Of a DNA stretch of 64,000 nucleotides, positions 34,999-43,520 are shown in pieces (position 1 is the stretch's first letter; each line of letters starts with the position of its first letter). A model generated the notes under the pieces. That model saw only the letters and a list, made by a program, of their open reading frames with translations. It searched no databases and had not been told where the DNA came from. Both the position numbers and the translations under genes were made by a program. Origin of the DNA: an uncultured virus (IMG/VR IMGVR_UViG_3300024270_000031) (Duplodnaviria; Heunggongvirae; Uroviricota; Caudoviricetes); IMG/VR virus record IMGVR_UViG_3300024270_000031, positions 62,001 to 126,000 of that record; one strand, 5' to 3'.

Positions 34999-37095
34999 AT
35001 GAAAGAATCTGTCACTAAATTTGACTTTGAGTCAGCTTTCAAGGCTCTTGATGAGATAGATATTCCAGTAGCAGAACCAGGTATTAGAGCTAATAGACCT
35101 GCACTTACAGAGATCTTCTCTCGCAAGACTAAGTTTGATTCTTTGTTTGAAGAATACTATGATATCAACAATTCTGAAGATTTAACAGATGCTCAAGAAG
35201 CACGTGAAGCAGAAGTTGCAAAAGCTAAGCTTGCTCGTATTGAGAAAATTGTTGATCTTGATGCTGATTCGCCTGAGGACTTACTAACTTCCTATGTTGG
35301 TAAATATATTATGCAATGTCCTCAGTGTATGACACTATTCTATAAAGATAAGGAAGACATTGTAGAATCTGAGGATGATCCACTAACTGTAAATGTAAAT
35401 GAAGTATGTCAGCACTGTGGAAACGAGTCTGGCTATACTCTTGTTGGTAAAGTTGGGGAAGCTGAGGCTGAGGAAGAACTCCCTACTGACGAACTTCCTC
35501 TAGAGGACACCAGTGAAGAGTCTGCCGAGGAAACTGTGGATGAGGAAACTACTAACGACCTTACTGACAGTGAGGATTTTGAGGATCTAAATCTTGATGA
35601 GCTGGACCTTAATATTGAAGACGAAACTTCTGATGAAGAGGTTGAAGAATCACACTTTGTAGAACATACTGGCGAGGCTCTTGTAGAAGACTTAGCTGAT
35701 GATAAAGACCTTGATGATAAGCTTAAAGCACACAGTGAGTATATTGAGTATCTAAGAGATGCTATTGCTCAAGAGGAAGAGAAGCTTGAAAAAGCAACTA
35801 ACGATCAAGTTAAGGTTGCTATCCAAAGAAATATTGATGCCTTTAAGGCAGACCTTGAGGCAGCTCTTCCTGATGCAGTTAAAAATGAAACTATTGAAGA
35901 GCCTGTAGTTGATGAGACTGCGGAGCCTGTAGAAGAGATCTCAGAAGAAGACAAGGAACTTGATGATATTATTGAAGCTCTCACAGAAGAGCTTCATGAA
36001 GATGCCGACCTAGAAGTTTCGGCAGACGAGTTTGAAAAACTCATTAACACACCTGAATTTAAGAAGCCTATTTCTGACACTTCTGTTAGAGCAATGCTCA
36101 ATGACGAGAAAGAAGAAGAAGCTGAAGTTGAAGAGTCTTTAGAAGAGGCTCTGCTTACTGAAGGAAATCTGCTAGACCTTGGTAAAGCATTGTTAAAAAA
36201 AGTAAAACAGGCTGGTGGTAGTTTTAAAAATAAAATTTCTGCTGCTATTGATTCACTAACTAAAGATGCTACAACCAGAGAAGAAAGAGCAGACTGGATT
36301 CTAGCCAACGCCCTAAAAGATTATGCCAAAGCAAAAGTTGACAAAACCGGAGTTGTTCCAGAAGAAGAAAACCGTAGATTTAAAACTTTCTTAGTTATTG
36401 GCTTTGATGGTAAAGATGCCAAAGGCAAGCCATTTACTGCTGCTCCCGCTTATGATCAAAAGGGCTTAGTACCAAAAGAGGTTCAAGAGAAAGGCACTTA
36501 CAAAGACGCTGAGGCTGCTGCAAAGGGTTGGAGCATGCTTTCTGAAAACGGTCCCGCTTTTATTTATCTAGCTGAAAATAAAGAGGATCCAAAAGCAGCT
36601 TTCTTGTGTGAGTTCTTTGAAGGCAAGCTTGAGCTTGACCAGCTAGATAACTATTTTGATACTATTAAAAAGAACTTTGAAGGTGTTATGCTTAGAGCAC
36701 AAAGCGCTACTAGCACTGACACTGCTGAAGAAGAAACACCTGCAACTGAGGGCCTAGAAGTACAAAATGATCTAGCTACTATCGTTGAAGGCATTGAAGA
36801 GCTTCAGGAAGCCTCGCTGGAAAGTCAGATTGCAAAGAGCTTAGCTGAAACCTGCGGAAATGTTGAAGGCTTTACACTTACTAACTGTTCCTACTTAAAT
36901 GAGAAGCTCTCAGTAGAAGGTAATATTACTTTTAAGTCTGGTAACTCTGAAGCTACTACTTTTGTATTTACAGAAGCACTAAGTGCTGAAGATGCACTTG
37001 TTAACCTAATTGGTTGTAATGAGGCTCTTGGTACTAAAGTTACTATGACCGGTCGTACCGTTGATAAAGTATTTATTACTGAATCTTTTAACTAA
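34999..37095 (+). CDS. Large acidic late protein with Zn-binding motif (candidate internal head/core protein)
   Basis: CPQC...CQHCG; many LTE/VEES/LEEA motifs. Confidence 0.65.
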   Translation: MKESVTKFDFESAFKALDEIDIPVAEPGIRANRPALTEIFSRKTKFDSLFEEYYDINNSEDLTDAQEAREAEVAKAKLARIEKIVDLDADSPEDLLTSYVGKYIMQCPQCMTLFYKDKEDIVESEDDPLTVNVNEVCQHCGNESGYTLVGKVGEAEAEEELPTDELPLEDTSEESAEETVDEETTNDLTDSEDFEDLNLDELDLNIEDETSDEEVEESHFVEHTGEALVEDLADDKDLDDKLKAHSEYIEYLRDAIAQEEEKLEKATNDQVKVAIQRNIDAFKADLEAALPDAVKNETIEEPVVDETAEPVEEISEEDKELDDIIEALTEELHEDADLEVSADEFEKLINTPEFKKPISDTSVRAMLNDEKEEEAEVEESLEEALLTEGNLLDLGKALLKKVKQAGGSFKNKISAAIDSLTKDATTREERADWILANALKDYAKAKVDKTGVVPEEENRRFKTFLVIGFDGKDAKGKPFTAAPAYDQKGLVPKEVQEKGTYKDAEAAAKGWSMLSENGPAFIYLAENKEDPKAAFLCEFFEGKLELDQLDNYFDTIKKNFEGVMLRAQSATSTDTAEEETPATEGLEVQNDLATIVEGIEELQEASLESQIAKSLAETCGNVEGFTLTNCSYLNEKLSVEGNITFKSGNSEATTFVFTEALSAEDALVNLIGCNEALGTKVTMTGRTVDKVFITESFN

Positions 37096-37111
37096 GCATA
37101 AAAAAATTAAA

Positions 37112-37146
37112 GTTAACAACGAGATGATAACCATCTCGTTGTTAAC
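37112..37146. other. Perfect 15-bp intergenic stem-loop within the late operon
   Basis: GTTAACAACGAGATG-ATAAC-CATCTCGTTGTTAAC, followed by an A run rather than a T run. Confidence 0.7.
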
Positions 37147-37168
37147 AAAAAAATATAAAGGAGCCAGA

Positions 37169-37681
37169 ATGTCAGATCTTAATACAAACTATGGTCTTTT
37201 ACTAAATAAAGACATAAAACTACATAGAATGTGGTTTAAACAAATGACGGCACTGCATGGTATTAATTGTAAATATAAGGCTCCTCTTAAAAATAAAGAA
37301 TATGATGTACATGGCGACTTACAAACAGGTTATAAGCCAGAAATTCTTGTTGGCTGTTTGTTTGTAGAACACCCAGATCAGAAGTCATTAAAGAAAGCTG
37401 GTTGGGTTGCAGAGCTTCAAGAAGGCTCTTCAGTTATTCATGTTCCGTATGACCTACCTGACCTTCAAGTCGGAGCTTTATTTGAGGTCCCTAGCGGACT
37501 AGATAATGGCAAAGGCAGATTGTTCCGTGTAATAAGCATGTCAAATATTATGATATATCCTGCTTCAATTGCTTGTGAAATAGCTCTTGAATATGAGTCA
37601 AATGATGAACAGCGTCTAATTTCTGCTGCGCATGAGCAAGAAGACATGCCTTTGCTTATTGATAGAGAGGAGGATGATTAA
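37169..37681 (+). CDS. Neck/head-closure protein (gp14-like, putative)
   Basis: Position in the neck cluster; beta-rich; ATG after AAGGAG. Confidence 0.45.
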   Translation: MSDLNTNYGLLLNKDIKLHRMWFKQMTALHGINCKYKAPLKNKEYDVHGDLQTGYKPEILVGCLFVEHPDQKSLKKAGWVAELQEGSSVIHVPYDLPDLQVGALFEVPSGLDNGKGRLFRVISMSNIMIYPASIACEIALEYESNDEQRLISAAHEQEDMPLLIDREEDD

Positions 37682-38781
37682 TGTCTGAAAAATTACTTGA
37701 AGCTGATTTTATTTCAGTTGATATAAGATCTTTACTTAGTGGTGGTGCGCCAGCGGATGCTGCAGCCACTTCTGCTACTCCTGCTAGCTCAGCGGTGCCA
37801 AAGACACGAGTAAAAGAGGCACTACCAAGCGCTGGTGATTGGGCAGCTTGGAGTGAGCTTCTAAAAGCTAGACTGGAGAAAAATAAAACTGCTAGAAACA
37901 AAAAACCTGATTATGAAATAGAGCAGGTGTTTTTTGAAGAATTTTTTAAAGCAAACTGGGAAGCCGATATTGCTGCAAAACTAATAGATATCGGTGAACC
38001 GCTAAGAAAAATATTAAAAGTACTTGGTATTAAAGAAACAAACCAAATTCTTATCTTTATAACACTTGATTTTACAAAAGAATTACTTCGTAGTGGTAAG
38101 CTAAATATACTTACCTTTAAAGCTATTTATAATGCTGTTGCTAAAAAATTAGTTGCTGATAGTGAATTTATACAGCAAAATAATTATAATATAATTTACT
38201 GTAAAGATCTATATAACAAGTCACCAAAAGATATTGAGCAGTACTTAGAATACCAAAGTAGCAGCAGTAGACTTGCCCTAAACAAAGATACTTATACCGC
38301 TGCTGACCAGATAGCAAATAAAAGAACGTTTTGTCATTTCGATAGTGTTGGTGAGCACGAGCCTCAAAAGTACGTAGAAAAAGTATTTAGAAAAGAAAAT
38401 CCTATGCCAAGTGATGATGAAGTAGTAGCCTTTTCTATGGAAAGTGCTAAACTTAATAGCCTTGATGTAGTTAAGCTTCTTTTAGGTAAAAACACCAAAG
38501 AAACTATTCATGTAGATACCTCTGGTGTTGCAGCTATTACTAGCAAAATAACTTCCGTATCACATGCATATGCGGCATTATTGGCTGTTAGTATGAACTC
38601 AGATAGTACCGAGGCCAGAAAAGCTCTTGCCCTGCCCTATTTTAAAGGACTTAATACTGAGCAGATAAACGCAGCAGTTGTTATGCTAGCTACCTCAAGT
38701 ATTATTCCAAAGGGACATATACAAACGGCTGATGCTGATGCAATAGTAAATAGTATAGTAACTAAACTAAGTAAGGTATAA
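37681..38781 (+). CDS. Late hypothetical protein
   Basis: TAATG-coupled; N-terminus MSEKLLEAD. Confidence 0.65.
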   Translation: MSEKLLEADFISVDIRSLLSGGAPADAAATSATPASSAVPKTRVKEALPSAGDWAAWSELLKARLEKNKTARNKKPDYEIEQVFFEEFFKANWEADIAAKLIDIGEPLRKILKVLGIKETNQILIFITLDFTKELLRSGKLNILTFKAIYNAVAKKLVADSEFIQQNNYNIIYCKDLYNKSPKDIEQYLEYQSSSSRLALNKDTYTAADQIANKRTFCHFDSVGEHEPQKYVEKVFRKENPMPSDDEVVAFSMESAKLNSLDVVKLLLGKNTKETIHVDTSGVAAITSKITSVSHAYAALLAVSMNSDSTEARKALALPYFKGLNTEQINAAVVMLATSSIIPKGHIQTADADAIVNSIVTKLSKV

Positions 38782-38784
38782 GCT

Positions 38785-39111
38785 ATGCTATTTATCGTTA
38801 ACAATAAACATTATATGTCTCAAGAACAATTGCGAACAAATACTCTACTTGATGCTTACTTTCTGATTGAAAATTATTCTCTACATGCGTCTGAAATAAT
38901 TCTGGATAATTACATACAACAGCAGTATAAAACAACTTTAAAAAATATGTGTATTAAACTGCTGCTCAGCTTATCATTTTATACAGATAATGATGGAAAC
39001 TTGGTGCTTTTATTTAAGGACCCTAAGTATGATACAATAGCAAGTTTGATTACCTATGGTAATGGAGCTATCCCCGGTAGTCGAATTCTTCAAGTAGCTC
39101 TAAAATCATAA
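38785..39111 (+). CDS. Hypothetical virion-associated protein
   Basis: ORF in the neck/tail cluster; LITYGNG motif. Confidence 0.55.
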   Translation: MLFIVNNKHYMSQEQLRTNTLLDAYFLIENYSLHASEIILDNYIQQQYKTTLKNMCIKLLLSLSFYTDNDGNLVLLFKDPKYDTIASLITYGNGAIPGSRILQVALKS

Positions 39112-39124
39112 GGAGGTACAAACT

Positions 39125-39778
39125 ATGGCAATAAACTACTATGATGAAGCGGTTACTCAAAAAATCAAAGGCTGGCTAGCTGACTCTTCTAAACTAAGAG
39201 TATTAGCACCAGATGAGTCTAATAGACTAATTCAGTTACATGCTGAAGATACCAATGACGAACCGCTTAAGTTACCTCTAATTGCAATATCAAGAAATAG
39301 GGATTTAGAAATAGAATCCACTATCAAACAAAATAAATCTTTTGATGGCTTAGTAATTGGGCAAGATGCTACTACTGCAGCAACTATTCATTTAAATGTT
39401 ATCCCAGTAAAAACTACTTATCAGTTAGATATTTACACAAAGAAAAGAATTGAGGCTGATGAGTATGTTAGACAATATCTATTTAAGCTTATAAATAATC
39501 CGCAAATTATTATAGAAATTCCTTATAATAATTATGTTGTAAAACATACTGCAAATCTAAGAGTACTTAATACAGTATCTGATACAAGTGATATACCATC
39601 ACATCTATTTGCCGGACAGTTTTATAAGTGGACTATTCAGTTGGAGCTTCAAGATGGTTTCCTATTTAGTATACCTCAGAAGCAAAACTGGCGTATCGTA
39701 GGTATTGAAGTTACTGCTGCTGACAAAATTTCTGACCCTACAGAAGAAGAAATTTTATTTGAATGTAGCATAAAATAA
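39125..39778 (+). CDS. Tail terminator/sheath stabiliser (gp15-like, putative)
   Basis: LPLIAISR and PVKTTYQLDIYTK motifs; directly before the sheath. Confidence 0.6.
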   Translation: MAINYYDEAVTQKIKGWLADSSKLRVLAPDESNRLIQLHAEDTNDEPLKLPLIAISRNRDLEIESTIKQNKSFDGLVIGQDATTAATIHLNVIPVKTTYQLDIYTKKRIEADEYVRQYLFKLINNPQIIIEIPYNNYVVKHTANLRVLNTVSDTSDIPSHLFAGQFYKWTIQLELQDGFLFSIPQKQNWRIVGIEVTAADKISDPTEEEILFECSIK

Positions 39779-39856
39779 TCTGCTAAATTATTTGAAGTTG
39801 CAAAAAGAACTTTCAACAATTAAAGTTATTAAATTAAACAAGGAGATATAATTAGT

Positions 39857-41608
39857 ATGCCTAAAATACTTATTAATGAGAAAGATAGAACTTCTCCCGG
39901 CACACCTGCTAGTTATGCCAACTATTCAGTTCTAATCGCCGGCTACAAAAACCGCGAGCCTGTTTTAGCACCTATTTATGAAGCTGATGGTAAGACTATA
40001 AAAACACCTGCTGACGTAGTGCTTCCTGACTCTAATGGTGTTTATGAGTTTAGTTCTAGACAGGATTTTGAGGATGTTATTGGACTAACAGACATTGAAA
40101 AAGAAGTCACTATTGTAACTTCTGTAGATGCAGAAGGCAAGGAAGTTACTTCAACGAGAACAGAGTGTCATTATGGTAACAGAATGGCTGCCGAGCTTTT
40201 AAGTCTTGGATATACCATTATTTATTTACCTATTAACTCTATTGACGATATTAGCTCTGAAGCTAACTGGGAAATCTTTAAGGATAAAGCAAGCTACGAC
40301 TTCCGCTTTATTAGCCATGGCTTACTTAAGACTACCTATGAAAAAGATACATTTGATCCATTAAATGATCGTTTGAAAGCAATTAAAGCTGATATAGCAA
40401 AACTTGCTGAGATCATTGCTGATGTAGAGGCGTCTGATGCTTATAAAACTCTTGAAGCTAGCCTCAAAACTGCAACAGAGACTGAAAAAGTTAATATACA
40501 AGGCGATATTGCTGATCTATATGCGGATGCTTATGCTGAAGTAATTGATAAGGGTTATACTGGATTTAAGGTATCGACGGAATCTGGGAAGGCTGGAACG
40601 GCCACCTACAGCTATGCTGAGGCAGTTAACAACCTAACAGAAAACAGCGAAGGCAAAATCACTGCTTACGATACTCAGAAAGATTTCGTGGACGCTTACG
40701 ACGACACAACCGTTACACCAAACGTATTCAATAAGATTAACGGTATTATTGCAAAGCTTGCTTGCTACAGAACTGATGATGCAGGTGTAGTTCTTTGTGG
40801 TGGTCGTGGTGACTGTACTGCGCTTATCGAGCTTGATAAGAACTGCTATGTTGATACTAATTCTACAGACAGACCTGAAAAGCTTATTGCTGATGGCATC
40901 AATAACATGTCTACGGTTACTAAAACTGAAGGTCCTTACTGTGCTATGACAGTACCTAGCGTACACTACAAAATGTCCGGCGATGTTGTTGAATTCCCTG
41001 GCGCATTCCATTATCTTGCTTGCTTTATGAATGCTCTTGGTGGTGGTTTTGCTGAGTGGTATGCAGCTGCTGGTTATACTCGCGGTGTTGCTAGTTATGT
41101 AATCGACCATACTGATGTTAAACTTGGTGAAATTGCTATCAACGCTCTTGAGCCTAGAAACATTGTAGATGCTTCTGCACAGCCTAAGTTTGCTTGTAAT
41201 GTAATTGCTAACTTCCGTGGTAGCTATTACCTCTGGGGTAACAGAACTGCTGCTGAGCTTGGTGCAGCTGCAGGCGGTAATGACCTTACTGCTGATGACT
41301 TCCTAAACATCAGACAGCTCTGCACCACAATTAAGAAACAGCTTTATGTTGCTTGCCGTAGATTTACATTCGATCCTAACAGTGATACTCTCTGGTTCAA
41401 CTTTGTAAACGCTATTACACCTACCCTCGAAAGAATGAAAGCTGACCAGGGTGTAAGAGATTACAAGATTATCAAGGTATACACTGATAAGAAAGCAACT
41501 CTAAAAGCTAAGCTTAGAATTATTCCTATCGAAGCTGTTGAGGACTTTGACCTTGAAATCTCTCTTGAAGATTCTTTCGGTGAAACCTCTGCTGTTGTAA
41601 ATGGTTAA
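39857..41608 (+). CDS. Tail sheath protein
   Basis: WYAAAGYTRG, LWGNRT, LNIRQL, FTFDPN and PIEAVE sheath C-terminal motifs. Confidence 0.9.
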   Translation: MPKILINEKDRTSPGTPASYANYSVLIAGYKNREPVLAPIYEADGKTIKTPADVVLPDSNGVYEFSSRQDFEDVIGLTDIEKEVTIVTSVDAEGKEVTSTRTECHYGNRMAAELLSLGYTIIYLPINSIDDISSEANWEIFKDKASYDFRFISHGLLKTTYEKDTFDPLNDRLKAIKADIAKLAEIIADVEASDAYKTLEASLKTATETEKVNIQGDIADLYADAYAEVIDKGYTGFKVSTESGKAGTATYSYAEAVNNLTENSEGKITAYDTQKDFVDAYDDTTVTPNVFNKINGIIAKLACYRTDDAGVVLCGGRGDCTALIELDKNCYVDTNSTDRPEKLIADGINNMSTVTKTEGPYCAMTVPSVHYKMSGDVVEFPGAFHYLACFMNALGGGFAEWYAAAGYTRGVASYVIDHTDVKLGEIAINALEPRNIVDASAQPKFACNVIANFRGSYYLWGNRTAAELGAAAGGNDLTADDFLNIRQLCTTIKKQLYVACRRFTFDPNSDTLWFNFVNAITPTLERMKADQGVRDYKIIKVYTDKKATLKAKLRIIPIEAVEDFDLEISLEDSFGETSAVVNG

Positions 41609-41628
41609 TTGAAAGGAGATTATAGAAT

Positions 41629-42210
41629 ATGTCAAATAGTTTATCTGCTATGCATATCAGCACCAACCTCGCTAACTATGAAGCTGCCAGATCTGGCTTT
41701 TTCTCGCTAATCGTAGATGATATCGACAATATCGTTAGCGCAGCTTATACAGGCGACCATAGCGCGGCTGCTGATAGTGATAAAATTAAAAAGGCTCAAG
41801 AAACTCTTAAGCTTAATGTAGTTAAAGCTCCTGTTCCTCACTTTGGCCTCGAGGTTCTTAAGTATAAGCGTGGTAATGACACTGTTACCTTCGCTGGTAC
41901 TCCTGAATATGAGGCAGGTTCTATAACTGTTGATGACGTTGTTGGTTTGGATACTAAGTCTATCCTAATGGCTTGGCAGGCACTTGCTTACAACGTTCAT
42001 ACTCGTAAGGGTGGCCGCATGAAGGACTACAAGAAAAACTGCACACTCATTGAGTATACCCAGGACTTTGAGCAGGTTAGAAGCTGGACTCTCTACGGCT
42101 GCTGGATTAATAAAATCAGCGAGGGCGAGTTCGACAAAGAAAACGACGGCAAGAGACAGATTACTGCAGAGCTTCAATACGACCGAGCTATTATGGTAAT
42201 GCCTGACTAA
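41629..42210 (+). CDS. Tail tube protein (gp19-like)
   Basis: Follows the sheath; FAG...ITV, AWQ, DYKK, WTLYGCW and LQYD motifs. Confidence 0.85.
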   Translation: MSNSLSAMHISTNLANYEAARSGFFSLIVDDIDNIVSAAYTGDHSAAADSDKIKKAQETLKLNVVKAPVPHFGLEVLKYKRGNDTVTFAGTPEYEAGSITVDDVVGLDTKSILMAWQALAYNVHTRKGGRMKDYKKNCTLIEYTQDFEQVRSWTLYGCWINKISEGEFDKENDGKRQITAELQYDRAIMVMPD

Positions 42211-42221
42211 TATATAATAAA

Positions 42222-42266
42222 TAAAAATAAAAAAGAGTAGTAAGTTACTACTCTTTTTTATTTTTA
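42222..42266 (+). terminator. Intrinsic (bidirectional-type) terminator
   Basis: AAAAAAGAGTAGTAA-G-TTACTACTCTTTTTT. Confidence 0.75.
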
Positions 42267-42339
42267 ATAAATCTATTTATTGTTCTGCTAAATTATATAG
42301 TAGTCAAAAGCTATATATCTTAGAGAAAGGACTTTTATA

Positions 42340-42504
42340 ATGGGACGTAAAAAAGTAGATAGAAGTGACAAGGTTATACAAACTTTTGAGTCATCAAAAC
42401 CGCTGATTGAACGTTTAAAAGAAACTGCTAATGCCAGAGGTATTACTGTATCAGCTCTTATAAGGTATATTTTAGAACACTACTTTGAAAATCGAGAACT
42501 ATAA
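42340..42504 (+). CDS. Ribbon-helix-helix protein (54 aa, not in the ORF track)
   Basis: GAAAGGA RBS; MGRKKVDRSDKVIQTFESSKPLIERLKETANARGITVSALIRYILEHYFENREL. Confidence 0.75.
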   Translation: MGRKKVDRSDKVIQTFESSKPLIERLKETANARGITVSALIRYILEHYFENREL

Positions 42505-42536
42505 TAATTGAATATTAAATGAAAGGACTTATTATT

Positions 42537-43301
42537 ATGGATAGACAGACCGATTACACTATTATGGAAGGCTATGAGCTCCCTTCAAAGGGAAAAATTT
42601 ATAGCGAAAATGTAAATCCTCATGTAGAGCTTCGCTCTATGACTGCAAGAGATGAGATGAAGAGACTTTCTCCTTCCAGTACTCCGCTAAAAACACTTGC
42701 AGATATCATCGAAGGATGTTGTATTGAAAAACCTGCTATTCATGTATATGACATGAGCCTCGGTGATTATGAGTTCTTACTTCATAAGCTAAGAATTGTT
42801 ACATATGGCGAAGACTACAAGGTAGCCCTTCGTTGCTCAGAGTGTGGAGAAACTATAGAAACTATTGCTAAGCTTGACCAACTTAGCGTTAAAGAGTTTG
42901 ACGAGGAAGCTATAAATGCTCTTCGCGTTTTCTCTCTCCCTAAGAGTGGTCGTAGCATTACTCTTGACTTCATTTCTCCTCGCAGAGTCGAAGAAATGGA
43001 AGTAAAGGTAAAAGATATGAAGCGTAAGTACAAGACAGCTACAATTGACTTTGAAACTCTTGTAAGACTTCTTTCTAATATTGACCTTGTTGACGGTGAA
43101 AAGAAGACAGAGACTGAACTTGAAAATATTATTACCAACCTACCTGCAATGGATTTACAGAAAATTCTAAATAACATAGACAAGCTTAATCAGCAGGTTG
43201 GCTTAGATAATGTTCTTTACCTAACTTGTCCAAAGTGTGGCGAAGAAATTACTACCTTTTTTCGCTTCGGGCCCGAGTTTTTTAGACCCACAAACATCTA
43301 A
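42537..43301 (+). CDS. Tail assembly chaperone / gp26-like baseplate hub assembly protein
   Basis: YELPSKG, LRSMTARDE, CSECG and CPKCG; ends FFRP; lies between tube and tape measure. Confidence 0.75.
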   Translation: MDRQTDYTIMEGYELPSKGKIYSENVNPHVELRSMTARDEMKRLSPSSTPLKTLADIIEGCCIEKPAIHVYDMSLGDYEFLLHKLRIVTYGEDYKVALRCSECGETIETIAKLDQLSVKEFDEEAINALRVFSLPKSGRSITLDFISPRRVEEMEVKVKDMKRKYKTATIDFETLVRLLSNIDLVDGEKKTETELENIITNLPAMDLQKILNNIDKLNQQVGLDNVLYLTCPKCGEEITTFFRFGPEFFRPTNI

Positions 43302-43497
43302 TGACGGTACACCCTATGGGCCTAAACATTATAAAGAGCTCGTTAGGGAATGCTGGTATGTTAGCGATAATCTGCATACCAGCTATACAGATGTTTTAAA
43401 CCTTGCCTATCAAGATAGAATTTATCTTATAGAATGTATAAATGAAAAAAAGGAAGCTACTGCAAGGGCCATAGAAGAGGCACGGCTTTCTAACTAA
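43257..43497 (+). CDS. Frameshift-accessed C-terminal extension of the tail chaperone (gpGT-like)
   Basis: Overlapping +1-frame ORF with no clear RBS; two in-frame TTT TTT runs at 43257 and 43278. Confidence 0.6.
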
Positions 43498-43520
43498 ACT
43501 TTCTAAGGAGGGAACCATTT

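Noticed and set aside
43301..43399. 32-codon ORF starting at the TAATG overlap after the tail chaperone
   Set aside because: Short and featureless; the +1 frame gives a longer chaperone-like peptide reaching the tape measure RBS. Not fully excluded.
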